Assembly (NCBI GenBank): GCA_045652345.1
Contig: JAZRUE010000051.1
Coordinates: 2,506-66,505, forward strand
Reading direction: 5' to 3'
Length of the DNA stretch: 64,000 nucleotides
From: Faecousia sp.
GTDB taxonomy: Bacteria > Bacillota > Clostridia > Oscillospirales > Oscillospiraceae
Made by a program: the position numbers and the translations under genes. Of the stretch, positions 16,700 to 28,000 are shown one piece after another. The notes beneath the pieces are model-generated. The model was not told the DNA's origin. It did no database searches and worked only from the letters and a program-made list of their open reading frames with translations. How positions within the stretch are numbered: the first letter of the stretch is position 1; every line of letters starts with the position of its first letter.

Positions 16700-17971
16700 C
16701 TATGTGTTAGGGTAGATAATACTGATGCAGCAGGTGGCAGGCACCACCACCCGGCCAATGAATTCCATCACTTCTTCCGGGGTGATTTGCCCATAAAGGT
16801 GGGAGAAGCGGAAGTAATCGTAGCCGGTCAGATGATAGGCGCAGGTACGGAAACAAAGGGAATCGAAACTGTCCAGATCCCGCATTCTGCGGCCCAGGGT
16901 GCTGCGCTTAATCCGGGAAAAGGCCTTTTCGTCAATGCCCTCTGCCAAAATCGCCTGGGCTTCGGCCAAAATTCTGTCCCGGACAGCAAAGGCATCAAAG
17001 CTGTCGCCGGAGGCGGTGAGAATACCCATACCCTTGATGGTGTCAAAACCGCCGCCGAAGGAACTGTCGATAAGCCCTTCCTGATACATTTGTAAATAGA
17101 GCCGGGAGGACTCGCCGAACAGCAGCTCTGCCGCCAAATCTGCCAGCATCTCCTGGCGCACTGCCCCTTCCCCATAGCCGGGGTCCTGGCATTTGAAGCC
17201 AAGCTGGAAGGTGGGCATCGCCACATCCATTTTACACTGGGTCAAGGGTTCTTTGCAAGACATTTCTTCCAAAAATGTCAGATTTCTCTCCACCTTCACC
17301 GGTTCTGCTTGGCAGATATTCTCCTGCGCGATCTGGCAGACCTCCTCCGGGTCCACATCCCCCACCACGCAAAGGAGCATATTCTCCGGCCGGTAAAAGG
17401 CCTTGTGGGCAGTTTCCAACACCTGGGGGGTGATCTGGGCGATGGACTCCACCGTACCCAAAATAGGATTGCGAACGGGGTGGTTTTCATACATAGCGCC
17501 CATCAGGCTCTCAAAAATCCGGGTGTCCGGATTATCGGTGTTCATGCCGATCTCCTGACCGATAATTCCCTGCTCCTTCTGTACGCTCTCCTCCGTAAAA
17601 TAGGGGGTGCTGACGAACTTCACCAAAAGGGCAAGGCACTGCCTGAAATGCTGGGTGCAGAGGAAATAATAGGCGGTCATATCGTAGCTGGTAAAGGCAT
17701 TGACAGAAGCGCCTAAGGCTGCAAAGGCCGCAGAAACATCCACTTCCGGCATATCAAAAAGCTTATGCTCCAAGTAGTGGGCAGTCCCCTGGGGCAGGGT
17801 CACCTCCTCCCCATCCAGGGTAAAGGAAAGGTCTATGGCGCCAAAATCCGTGACGAAATAGCAAAGCTTCTTGGTAAAGCCGGGACGGGGAATCACCGTC
17901 ACCTGCAAACCGTTGGGCAGGGTTCTGCGAAAGACCTTTTCTGAAAGGTTTTCATACTGTGTCCAACTCAT
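16700..17971 (-). CDS. M16 zinc peptidase (YmfH-like)
   Basis: HYLEH inverted zinc motif, NAFTS and EQGIIGQEI. Confidence 0.9.
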   Translation of the reverse strand: MSWTQYENLSEKVFRRTLPNGLQVTVIPRPGFTKKLCYFVTDFGAIDLSFTLDGEEVTLPQGTAHYLEHKLFDMPEVDVSAAFAALGASVNAFTSYDMTAYYFLCTQHFRQCLALLVKFVSTPYFTEESVQKEQGIIGQEIGMNTDNPDTRIFESLMGAMYENHPVRNPILGTVESIAQITPQVLETAHKAFYRPENMLLCVVGDVDPEEVCQIAQENICQAEPVKVERNLTFLEEMSCKEPLTQCKMDVAMPTFQLGFKCQDPGYGEGAVRQEMLADLAAELLFGESSRLYLQMYQEGLIDSSFGGGFDTIKGMGILTASGDSFDAFAVRDRILAEAQAILAEGIDEKAFSRIKRSTLGRRMRDLDSFDSLCFRTCAYHLTGYDYFRFSHLYGQITPEEVMEFIGRVVVPATCCISIIYPNT

Positions 17972-19233
17972 GCTGACACCCCCTTCAGGAAATACACTGT
18001 GTGGAGCTTCACCAACTTGGCAAGTTCTGCCACTTCTTCCCCGCTCACCTGCTCTACTGCCCGGATATAGGTCTCCGGGTCCATTCCAAGGCCACTTAAA
18101 GCAGTGGTGGAATAATAGTTTTCAATGCTGCCGGTGCTGTCGTGGGTGGTCTGCAAACTGGTGCAGATGGCCTGCTTGGCAGCGTACAGTTCCTCCTGGG
18201 TAAAGTCCCCTGCACAAATGGCTCGCAACTGCTGCAAAACTTCTTCCTTCACCTGCTCAGCCATTTGGCAATCGATGCCTGCAGATACGGTCACAATGCC
18301 CTTACTGCCGTGATAGGAAGAGCCGATGTCATAGCAAAGGGACTGCTTTTCCCGAATCTGCATAAAGAGCTTGCTGGTCATCCCGCCCCCAAAGAGGGTG
18401 TTCACCACCTGCATAGCCGCAAATTGAGAGGTGCGCAGCGTCACCGGTGTCACAAAGCCCATGGAAAGTTTCCCCTGGGCAACCTCCAGGCTTTCCTCAT
18501 AGTCTCCCCCACCGGCATCCTGAAATTCTCCTTGAGGGGGCAGAGGCACAAATTCCCGGGGCAGACCGGAGAGCATCTTCTTCAAAAGTTCTGCCACCTG
18601 ACCGGGGTCTGCATTTCCTACATAGAAAATTTCCAGAGGACTTTCCCGCAGCACCTTTTCATAGTGGGCATACAGGCTTTCCGGAGTGATGGCCTGCACA
18701 TCCTCCACCGTACCCATCCGGGGTACGCCCAGGGAATCCCCCTTGCACATCAGTTGGGTCAGCCGGGTGGCGGCATAGAGCCGCTTATCATTGCGCTGTG
18801 CCTCAATGGCGGCAATGAGATTCCGCTTTTCATTTTCCAAATACTCGGCAACAAACACCCCGTTTTCCAGAGCAGGCGCAAAGAAAAGTTCCCGGAGCAT
18901 CCCCACCATAGGGGCTAAAACCGGCTCTCCACCCAGGGAAAAGCGGTCATCCAAAAAGGCGGTGTATAGGCCCGTGGTCTGATAATCTCCCACCCGGCGG
19001 CAAAGGGTGCCCACACTGGCGCCATAAAGCTCATCCAGGCGAATGGTCACCGCCCGGGCATCGGGATAGGTTTTTGTGCCCTGCAATAAAAGGGCCGGCA
19101 GCAAGGCATTCATTGCCGCCTCTTCCCGGCACATTTTTCTAACAAACTGCACACTGAGCCTTGCCTGCTTAAACCGGTTATCGGGATAGCATCGCAGCAC
19201 AACGCCGGGCAGAATTTCCGTTTTTACAACCAT
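17968..19233 (-). CDS. M16 peptidase-like non-catalytic partner (YmfF-like)
   Basis: LDELYGA and GGGMTSKLF..IREKQSLCY. No HxxEH. Paired with the YmfH-like gene. Confidence 0.85.
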   Translation of the reverse strand: MVVKTEILPGVVLRCYPDNRFKQARLSVQFVRKMCREEAAMNALLPALLLQGTKTYPDARAVTIRLDELYGASVGTLCRRVGDYQTTGLYTAFLDDRFSLGGEPVLAPMVGMLRELFFAPALENGVFVAEYLENEKRNLIAAIEAQRNDKRLYAATRLTQLMCKGDSLGVPRMGTVEDVQAITPESLYAHYEKVLRESPLEIFYVGNADPGQVAELLKKMLSGLPREFVPLPPQGEFQDAGGGDYEESLEVAQGKLSMGFVTPVTLRTSQFAAMQVVNTLFGGGMTSKLFMQIREKQSLCYDIGSSYHGSKGIVTVSAGIDCQMAEQVKEEVLQQLRAICAGDFTQEELYAAKQAICTSLQTTHDSTGSIENYYSTTALSGLGMDPETYIRAVEQVSGEEVAELAKLVKLHTVYFLKGVSA

Positions 19234-19267
19234 AGTAACTCCTTTGTGAAAGGTACAATCTTGCTTT

Positions 19268-19296
19268 ATTATATATCTTTTGCAGGCAAATAGCAA
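19268..19296 (-). promoter_or_regulatory. sigma-A promoter
   Basis: TTGCTA-17 nt-TATAAT. Confidence 0.65.
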
Positions 19297-19375
19297 CATT
19301 TTTCCTTTGCGCCTGGGGCTATATCCCGGAATGGCAAACGGAGAGAAGCAAGGTTCCTTCTCTCCGTTTTGTAAA

Positions 19376-21124
19376 TCAATCTGTGCTTCCCAATTCCGGT
19401 TTATCCACAAACTCTACTGTGGGAACGGAAACTGCGCCCTCTGCGTCAAAAACAACCAGGGTATTTTGGCCTTCTTTCAGGAGAGCCTTGGGAACAAACA
19501 AGGTTTTCTGCGGCCCGATCTTCCAGTATCTTCCCAGGTTAAAGCCGTTCAGCACCGCAAAGCCTTTTCCAAATCCTTCCAAATTCAGGAATGTATCCCC
19601 AGGCTGGGAAATGGCAAAATCGAACTTATAGAACGGCAAACTTCCTGCTTCACAACCGGGCTTATATTCCAGGTTTTCCAAATTATCCATCGGCAGCGGA
19701 TAGGCTTTCCAGCCGAAGTGGATTTTGTTATCCAGCAAAACTCTGCCCACCAGGCCCTTTTTGCGCATCATTTTAGGGCCGAAATTGGTTCTTCCCATGT
19801 TCTCCACCAATATGGAAAGGACGCTGCCTGCCTTGGCAGAAATGGTGGTAGTATAGGGCGGCTCATTCACATATAAGGTGGCAATGGGCTTGCCGTCCAC
19901 AAAAATGCTTGCCCGGTCGCCGATCTCCTGGAAACTAAGGGGCGCATCGGTATAATCCCGGTTCAGGGTCGTTTCATAGAGGGTGTACCCATAGCCTACG
20001 CCGTAATACTCTGCGCTCATAGGCACTTCCGTTTCAATGGGCTTTGCAAGGCGCTCCTTGCTTTCAAACAAATCCGTGCAGGAAGTTGCGCTAATTTTGC
20101 CAAAAGCCTTCTTGGGACGATTGGCAGGCACAGGGGGCAGTTCCTTGCCCAAATGCTTTTGAATCACTTCCCGCACCGCATAATACTTAGGGGTCACATC
20201 CCCCGCTTCCGTCAGCAGGGCATCATAATCGTAGCTGGTCACATGAGGGGCAAAGGTTTCGTAGTGGTTTGCGCCGTTGGTAAAGCCAAAATTGGTGCCG
20301 CCAATGAACATATACATATTCAGGCTGCCCCGACTGAGCATATCGTCCACCGTTTTGGCGTAATCCTCTGCAGAAGTGGTGTGATGTTTTTCATCTCCCC
20401 AGGCGTCAAACCAGCCGTCCCACATTTCCATGCACATTTTCGGTGCATCGGGATACAGTTCATCGTGGGCTTTGAAGTTCTCCTCCACTCTACTGCCAAA
20501 GTTCAGCGTAGAAAAGCACCCTTCCACAGAGCCGTCGATGATTTCCGTCTTTTTGGTGCCATCGGATGTAAACAGAGGCACATCTATCCCCTGCTCCCTG
20601 TAGATCTGCACCAAGCTTCTCAAATATTCCTTGTCGTCACCATAGTAGCCGTACTCATTTTCCACCTGCAGCATAATCACATTGCCGCCATTGGTGCAGA
20701 GCATAGGCCTTACCTGCTCAAACAGCTTGGAAAGATACGCAGAAAACCGTTCCATATAGGCTTTATTTCTGCAGCGGATCTCCATATTGGGGATATTCTG
20801 CAGCCACCAGGGCAAACCGCCAAACTCCCACTCTGCGCAGATATAGGGGCCGGGACGAACAATGGCATATAAGCCATAGGATTTCGCTTTTTCCAGAAAC
20901 CCTCTTACATCCAAAATCCCGGAAAAATCGTATTCCCCCGGCTTTTTCTCGTGCATATTCCAAGCGCAGTAGGTCTCCACGCAGTTGCACCCAAGGGCAA
21001 CCAATTTTGCAAAAATATCGTCCCAGGTATCCGGGAGATTGCGGAAATAATGGACCGCACCGGACAGGATTTTCCTGGGTTTTCCGTCAATCAGGAAGTC
21101 TTTTCCAACAATTTCGAAGTTCAT
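19376..21124 (-). CDS. beta-galactosidase, GH35
   Basis: SGAVHYFR, VETY..WN.HE, RPGPYICAEW.FGG.P.WL, QVENEYG, E.W.GWFDAWG and YMF.GGTNFG motifs. Confidence 0.93.
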   Translation of the reverse strand: MNFEIVGKDFLIDGKPRKILSGAVHYFRNLPDTWDDIFAKLVALGCNCVETYCAWNMHEKKPGEYDFSGILDVRGFLEKAKSYGLYAIVRPGPYICAEWEFGGLPWWLQNIPNMEIRCRNKAYMERFSAYLSKLFEQVRPMLCTNGGNVIMLQVENEYGYYGDDKEYLRSLVQIYREQGIDVPLFTSDGTKKTEIIDGSVEGCFSTLNFGSRVEENFKAHDELYPDAPKMCMEMWDGWFDAWGDEKHHTTSAEDYAKTVDDMLSRGSLNMYMFIGGTNFGFTNGANHYETFAPHVTSYDYDALLTEAGDVTPKYYAVREVIQKHLGKELPPVPANRPKKAFGKISATSCTDLFESKERLAKPIETEVPMSAEYYGVGYGYTLYETTLNRDYTDAPLSFQEIGDRASIFVDGKPIATLYVNEPPYTTTISAKAGSVLSILVENMGRTNFGPKMMRKKGLVGRVLLDNKIHFGWKAYPLPMDNLENLEYKPGCEAGSLPFYKFDFAISQPGDTFLNLEGFGKGFAVLNGFNLGRYWKIGPQKTLFVPKALLKEGQNTLVVFDAEGAVSVPTVEFVDKPELGSTD

Positions 21125-21158
21125 AGGCCACAAATCCATTCTAAAAGAGTTTGTGTAT

Positions 21159-21187
21159 ATTATATATCTCCTCTTTGCAAATAGCAA
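21159..21187 (-). promoter_or_regulatory. sigma-A promoter
   Basis: TTGCTA-17 nt-TATAAT, near-identical to 19268-19296. Confidence 0.65.
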
Positions 21188-21390
21188 TCGTTTTTTCCAG
21201 GGTCTTTCTTGCATCCCCATATTCAGCCACCATATAGGTGCAGGCAATTCTAACTCCTGCATCAAAATTGCCCAAAAATGGGGAAAAATCCATAAAATTG
21301 GTATTGTTTTCTGCGTTTTATGTTGAAAAACAGAACCACCCATGTTATAATGTATAAACCATGTAAAGTGATAAATTTGGAGAGAAAATT

Positions 21391-22098
21391 ATGACCCACG
21401 ATATTCAAAAAGCGAGCCTTTGGAAGCGCATTGCCGCCTGGTTTCTCGACCTTCTTTTTGTGGCTGCATTGGCCATCGGCTGCGGCTTTGCCCTTTTTTC
21501 AATTCTGGACTACGACGGCTATAATCAGACCCTGGAATCTGCCTACAGCAAGTATGAAACGCAGTATGATATTGTCTTTGACATCACCCGGGTAGAATAC
21601 GAAGCCATGACAGCTGCGCAAAGGGAAACCTACGACGCCGCCTACAATGCACTGCTTGCAGATGAAGGCGCTATGAATGCTTATGATATGCTGGTAAATC
21701 TTTCCCTGGTGATCACCATCTGCAGCATCTTGCTGGCAATGCTGATCTGGGAATTGTTTATTCCTTTGTTCCTTGGCAACGGCAGGACCCTGGGCAAAAA
21801 GCTCTTCGGTCTTTGCCTGGTGCGAAAAGATGGTGCGCAGCTTAGCAATCTGCAGCTTCTCGCCCGTACGCTCCTGGGCAAATTTGCCGTCGAAACCATG
21901 ATCCCCGTTTATGTGTTGCTGATGCTCTTCTGGGCCTCTGCCGGTCTGATCGAAATCGTCATTCTGTTTGGCCTGCCTGTGATTCAGTTCCTTTGCCTGC
22001 GCTTCAGTCATAACAACTGTGCCATCCACGATCTCCTCACCGGCACCGTGGTTACAGAAACAGCAAGCCTCTACTTTTTTGATTCCACCGAGGACTGA
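21391..22098 (+). CDS. RDD family membrane protein
   Basis: ASLWKRIAA..LD, G.TLGK..FGL and IHDLL.GT.V motifs. Confidence 0.85.
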   Translation: MTHDIQKASLWKRIAAWFLDLLFVAALAIGCGFALFSILDYDGYNQTLESAYSKYETQYDIVFDITRVEYEAMTAAQRETYDAAYNALLADEGAMNAYDMLVNLSLVITICSILLAMLIWELFIPLFLGNGRTLGKKLFGLCLVRKDGAQLSNLQLLARTLLGKFAVETMIPVYVLLMLFWASAGLIEIVILFGLPVIQFLCLRFSHNNCAIHDLLTGTVVTETASLYFFDSTED

Positions 22099-22142
22099 TC
22101 GTTCATCAAGATAAGGTCGTCCACCGAACCACTAAAACTACA

Positions 22143-22460
22143 AGCGCCCTGCGGATTCCGCAGGGCGCTTCAGTCTGTCAAAAAACTTGTATTTGACAGA
22201 CTGATAGAGGTCAAAGGAGCGCCAAAGACAAGCAACTCGACCCCGAAGTGTATGTGGATACTCGAGAGGAGAGAGTTGCGCAGTAAGTCAAAATGCCTTG
22301 CGTAGCAAGCCTTTTCACCTCATCCACCGCTAACGCGGTCCCCCTTCCCCACAAGGGAAGGGTTTAAAAGAAATGAAGTCACTATAAAATATTACTTGCA
22401 TTTTGACGGTTTGGGGGTTCTTTGACACTCTGGAGCGCCCTGCGGATTCCGCAGGGCGCT
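22143..22460. mobile_element. MITE-like non-autonomous element flanked by a duplicated 27-bp palindrome
   Basis: AGCGCCCTGCGGATTCCGCAGGGCGCT at 22143-22169 and 22434-22460. Ends CAGTCTGTCAAA / TTTGACACTCTG. The core is shared with 40073-40258. Confidence 0.65.
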
Positions 22461-22533
22461 CATTCTTTATCCTTATTCTTCTCTTTCTATTTCGCAGAGT
22501 GTTCATGGCTGCCTTTTTTCAGCATCCATGCTC

Positions 22534-23433
22534 TCACTTTCTTATTTTTACCGTTACAATAACGGGGTCATGGTCGGAGTAACGATGCTCTCCGTCCTCC
22601 TGCACGATCCGGTCATTCAGGAAGCGATGCTCCACCACATCCACCCGGTCTGTGTTGACGAAAATGTGGTCAATGTGCTGTTCCTCATTGCCCAGGATAA
22701 TATCTGCAGGCTTATAAACGCCCTCAGCGGCCATCTGCAGCCACGGAGAGTTCTGCCGGCAGTTATAGTCACCGGTGGCAAACAGCAGGCTGTCGCCAGC
22801 CTTCTCTTCCCAGAAAGCACGCAGTTCCTTTGCCTGGGTGGTGCGGTGCTGGTCGCCCGCCTCCTGGCTGACTTTTCCATTCTCATCCCAGTCGATAGAC
22901 CAATGGGTGTTGGTCATCACCACAGTTTCACCGCTCTGCTTATCCTGGAATTTCGCCCACTGGTAGTGGCGCTCCTGCAGCTCTGTAGAGGAATATCTTT
23001 GGCTGCCGGTCTCCAAAAGTTCAAAGCGATCCGCCTTATACAGAATAATAAGGCCTGCGCTGTTGGATACCCGTCCTGCGGGATACCGGGAAGCCTGCTC
23101 ATCGTACGCCTTTTCCGCGCCGATGGTGACCGCCTTATACACGCCGTCACGCTCGATCTTCTGCACAAAGAAGTTTTGCCAGTCATAGTCGTGGCTGCCT
23201 GCTTCCTGCAGACCGATCAGGTCCATGCCGGATGCATTCAAATATTTCTGCATATGCTGGGCGCGGACTGCCACAGGCAAATAGCCATCATAGCCATCAA
23301 TACCCAGTATATTAAAGCTCATGCATTTGATTTCCACGGTTTTTCCTCCCCTATCGCACCCAAGCATCAAACCGCTGATCAGCAGCAAGTAAGCCGCAAG
23401 GGCGCTGATTATCATGATTGTTTTTTTCTTCAT
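22534..23433 (-). CDS. endonuclease/exonuclease/phosphatase-family lipoprotein
   Basis: Lipobox-like LMLGC. MSFNI, GLQE, NTH, GDYN, IDHIF and SDHDP motifs. Confidence 0.85.
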   Translation of the reverse strand: MKKKTIMIISALAAYLLLISGLMLGCDRGGKTVEIKCMSFNILGIDGYDGYLPVAVRAQHMQKYLNASGMDLIGLQEAGSHDYDWQNFFVQKIERDGVYKAVTIGAEKAYDEQASRYPAGRVSNSAGLIILYKADRFELLETGSQRYSSTELQERHYQWAKFQDKQSGETVVMTNTHWSIDWDENGKVSQEAGDQHRTTQAKELRAFWEEKAGDSLLFATGDYNCRQNSPWLQMAAEGVYKPADIILGNEEQHIDHIFVNTDRVDVVEHRFLNDRIVQEDGEHRYSDHDPVIVTVKIRK

Positions 23434-24971
23434 AGAACCTCCGCCACAACACAGCTTACGCCGCCCATCTGAAGGCAATTTCCTTCGATTTTCACATTAT
23501 GGCTCACAAGGATCTGTTTGACAGAGGGAATATCACAGCTTTTTTCTTCTGCCGAAGGGTTCAGAGCAATCAGGAATTTCCGTTCGCCCACCGCTCTTTC
23601 ATACACAAAAGGATACCCTTCCGCAAGGATCTTCAAATTGGACACATCGGAAAATCCCGGATTCTGTGTGCGCAGCTTCACCAGCCGTTTCACCAGATTC
23701 AGCAAGGATTCCTCGTCCTGCAGCTGCCCTTCCACTGTGGGTGCATCCGCCTTGGCATCGGTGGGCAAATAGGGTGTATCACTGCAGGAAAAGCCGTGAT
23801 TCTTCTGATCGTTCCACTGCATAGGTGTACGGGCACCGGTGCGGACATAGCCGCCTTCCTTGGAGGGCAGACCTTTTATGAAATCCATTCCGATCTCATC
23901 GCCATAGTAAACGAAAGGCACACCGGGCATTGTCAGGATAAAGGTCATTGCCACCTTCATATCTTCCTGTGTGCGTCCGTAGCCGATTCTGGGCATATCG
24001 TGGTTTCCGGTGATCAGGCCGATGGTGCCATCTTCCCCGATCTTTTCAAGCTCTGAAAGAAAATGCCTCAAAAATGTATGGATATCCCCTTTTCCTGCTT
24101 TATCAAAATAGCTGTAGCCTATGTACTCTTTGGTTACATTTCTTCCCTCTTCATGTCTGAAAAGAGAGGTGTAGGCCGGATCATAGCAATGAAGCAGGAA
24201 ATCACAGTCAAAGCCGGTCCAAACTGCTCTTGCAGGCTTGCCCCATTCGGATACAAGAATAAAATCGGGGTCTTTTGCTTTCACATGGGCTTTCAGTTCG
24301 TGCCAGAATTCCCGGGTAATATTGCCTTCCTTATCCCCTTTGATCAAGGTGGACGCCAGGTCCACACGGAAGCCGTCTACGCCCATATCCATCCAGAAGT
24401 ACATGATCTTTTTCAGTTCTTCTTTGGTGGCGATGCAGTCCGGGTGGTCAACCGGCAGCTGCCAGGACTCCGTAGGATTTGCATAACCATAGTTTAGTGA
24501 AGGCTGTGACCAAAAGAAATTGGGGATATAATTGCCATCTCTTTGCCTGTACCCACGGATGCCGGGGCCAGCCTCAAAGGTACCATTCGTCCAAATATAG
24601 CGGTTGGTGTATTCGTTTACTTCGTCCTTTGCCGATTCCTGAAACCAAGGATGGTCAATAGAGGTATGACCGGCTACCAGATCATAGATGATCTTAATGT
24701 CCCGGTTATGTGCCTGACGGCAGAACTCCTGAAAATCCTCGTTGGTTCCATACCGGGGCGCAACTTTATAGTAGTCTGTGATGTCATAACCGGCATCCCG
24801 GAAGCTGCTGTCGTTGACAGGATGGAGCCAGATCACATTGAAGCCGCATTCTTTAATGTAGTCCAACTTTTTGATCAAACCCTGCAGATCACCAATGCCG
24901 TCTCCATTGGAATCATAAAAGGACTGGGGATAGACCTCATAAACAACTGCGTTTTTAAGCCAATTTTCCAT
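23430..24971 (-). CDS. GH13 alpha-amylase-family glycosidase (cytoplasmic)
   Basis: YPQSF.DSNGDGIGD, DLVAGH, GFRVD, SEW, NHD and YYGDEIG motifs. Confidence 0.92.
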   Translation of the reverse strand: MENWLKNAVVYEVYPQSFYDSNGDGIGDLQGLIKKLDYIKECGFNVIWLHPVNDSSFRDAGYDITDYYKVAPRYGTNEDFQEFCRQAHNRDIKIIYDLVAGHTSIDHPWFQESAKDEVNEYTNRYIWTNGTFEAGPGIRGYRQRDGNYIPNFFWSQPSLNYGYANPTESWQLPVDHPDCIATKEELKKIMYFWMDMGVDGFRVDLASTLIKGDKEGNITREFWHELKAHVKAKDPDFILVSEWGKPARAVWTGFDCDFLLHCYDPAYTSLFRHEEGRNVTKEYIGYSYFDKAGKGDIHTFLRHFLSELEKIGEDGTIGLITGNHDMPRIGYGRTQEDMKVAMTFILTMPGVPFVYYGDEIGMDFIKGLPSKEGGYVRTGARTPMQWNDQKNHGFSCSDTPYLPTDAKADAPTVEGQLQDEESLLNLVKRLVKLRTQNPGFSDVSNLKILAEGYPFVYERAVGERKFLIALNPSAEEKSCDIPSVKQILVSHNVKIEGNCLQMGGVSCVVAEVL

Positions 24972-25026
24972 TTTTTCTCCTATCAGGTTTGGATAGCTCC
25001 GAGGATAACCCCGGAGCTATCATGTT

Positions 25027-28000
25027 TTACTTTATGCCCAGTGTTTTTGCCCAATCCTTGCTTAGACCAAAGATGGTGAAATCCACTGTAGGATTGGTAG
25101 ACTCCATGGTCAGGCTGCCGCCGTTCTTATCCACATAGGAGAACAGGCCTCTTTCCAAAACCACTGCATCCACGCCCTTCACCAGGAGGTGTTTGCCCTT
25201 GCACAGTGTATCATTGACGTAAACACCAATCACTGCGTCCAACCGGCCTTCTACTGCTTCTACTACATCAAAGGTCACACGGTAATCAAATGCTTTGCCC
25301 TGGAAAGTGGTCATGCCCACTTCTTCGGGGGTAACTCTTGCCAGTTGCATCTGCACACCGTCTGCGTGTACAAAGGAAATAGCCAGTTCGCCGTTTGCAT
25401 TCAAATCCACACGAAGTCCGGCCCATTGCTTACCGCCGATATAGAAGCAGTTGTCATTCTTCTTTTCTGTTTCGTCGGAGAAGGTCAGCACTGCGGAGAA
25501 AGCGGTGTTGTTGTAATTAGCACCTTCGTAGACAGAGAATCTTGCACCGTAGTCAGATCTTGTCTTGTCTGCCATGATGAAATCTCTCAGGGTGAGATTT
25601 TCATAGGCATTTGCGCCAATGCGGATCTCACCGTCGGAAGGAATCACAGACATACTTCTTGTCAGCACAGAAGCATCCACATCTTCCACCAGGAAGTAGC
25701 CGTAGCCGGAAAGTGTGCCGTTTACAAACACACCCAGTTTCAGGTTGGTCTTTGTGCCTTCCTTAATGAATTCCATGGTGGTACGAAGCTGCACTGCACG
25801 ATTTGCAGGGATCTTTACTTCACCGATGGCAACGGATGTACCGTCGGATCTCACATGGGAGACCTTCAACACGCCCTCACCGGCATAAGTAAATACAATG
25901 CCCTTGCCTTCCTTGCCGTAGGCAATGGAAGTGCCCTTGCCGAAGGTGACTTCGGTGGTAATGGCAGTGCCATTGAGGCTGTCGCTGCCGGCTTCCCCAT
26001 TCACAGCAGCCGTATAAACGCCCTTGTTGATGCCCAGATCTGCATTGGTCAGTTCCTGGATGCGCACGGAGGAGAACTGTGCAAAGCCCTGGCTGCCGCC
26101 GTTAAAGTTCACGCCGGTGCTCAGGGTCTGCGCTTCACCCGGAATGTAAATGTAATTGTTGCAGTACAGCACGCCGTCGAAGAATACACCCAGCTTGATG
26201 TCGTCCTTTTCGCCGTCGTTGTCGCAGTCTACAAATTCGGTGCTGATCTGCAGCAGGAAGTTCTTGCCTGTGAAGGTATCACCCAAACCTGCCACCCGGG
26301 AATTGAACACAAAGAAGTTCAGGCCGATGGAGGTCAGCACATTGGGTTTTTCCTCTGCAGGAACACCCAGTTCGTTGCCCAGCACCAGGGTGCCGTTAGA
26401 TTCCAGACGCAGACCCATGCCGGAATAGCCGTTTGCTGCGCCGGGGGTGCAGCCCAAATGCAGGCGGGCGCCGGCGGTGTTAAACTGCACATTTGCGCTG
26501 AAGAGGGTCTTATCCAGGCTTTCAATCCGGGCGAAATTGCCGTAAGTAAAGGTATCGCCATCGGGAATATTGCCGTCAGACAGGGTAATGTCTGCAAAAT
26601 CCACAGGAAGGGTGTTGATCTTCCACTGACCCACAGAGACCACACCAACACCGCAATCATTTGCAGAATCGTAGGTGTGCAGACAACGGGTCAAATCGGA
26701 CAGCAGCACATTACGGGCATAGATATATTTGCCTTGCTTCAACACACCATTGACCCAAATACCGATCTTCAGGTCGGTAGTGGTGGCGGTGGTGTTTTCA
26801 TACTTCACAGAAATGGCAATTTCCAGATCCTCGTTTTCTCTGAGCTGCACATCGGAATAGCGCTGGGTCAGGTTGCAGAGGGTGCTGTCGTCAATGCCGG
26901 AGCCGTCGGAAATAACATTTAGATTAATGTTGCCTGCGCTGTCCGGAACAATACCGATGGCCCACCAATCAGGTCTGCCCAAATAGATATTGCCGAACTG
27001 CTTTGCCTTTTCCATGCTGGGGAAATTGTATTTTCCCTGGAACAAAATGCCGTCCAAAGTGCCGGGCAGTGTGGCGTAGGTAACCTTTTCGCCAGTCTTG
27101 CCGGAAAGGATCTGACCATCCATTGCGCCGAAATCGGCGAAGGTCAGCTTTTCGTAATCCACTTCTTCAGATTCAGAAAGCAGAACATCGGGAAGCACAT
27201 AAGTCTTGCCTACAGATGCCACCTTCAAACCGGCATTGCTGTCGGTGTCATAAGTATGGAAGCAACGGGTCAGGTCAGCCAGGGGCACATCTTTTGCAAT
27301 AATGTAGCCGCCATTTTGCAGAACACCGTCAAACCATACACCGATCTTCAAATCGGTCTTGTCGGCACGCTTGTTTTCATACTTTATGGAAATGGCAATT
27401 TCCACTTCCTTACCACGAAGCTGGACATTGGGATTGTTTGCTGTCAAATTGGTAAGGGCAGTATTCTCAATGGTGCCGCTGGGGACACTCAGCATAATAT
27501 TGCCTGTGCCATCCATGGTCAGGCCGATAGCCCACCAGTTTGCTCTGCCCAAGTAAATGCTGCCGGGCTTTGCAGATGCTTCCATTGTGGGGTATGTGTA
27601 TTTACCCTGGAACAGGACTTCATCCAGATCACCCTCCAGTGCAACGGAGGATACAAAGTGCAGGCCGTTACCCTGGGTCAGGATGTTGCCGTCTTCAATT
27701 TCGAAATCTGCAAAGGTCAGCTTTTCATAGCCTGCTTCTTCAGATTCAGACAGCAACACATCGGGAGGTGTGTAGGTCTTGCCGATAGATGCAACGTTTA
27801 TCACGGAACTACTATCGGTGTCATAAGTATGGAAGCAACGGGTCAGGTCAGCAAGGGGCACATTTTTCGCGATAATGTAGCCGCCATTTTGCAGGACACC
27901 GTTAAACCACACACCGATCTTCAGGTCAGTCTTGTCGGTGGTTTTGTTCTCATACTTAATGGAAATAGCGATTTCCAGATCAGAATTGTTACGAAGCTGG

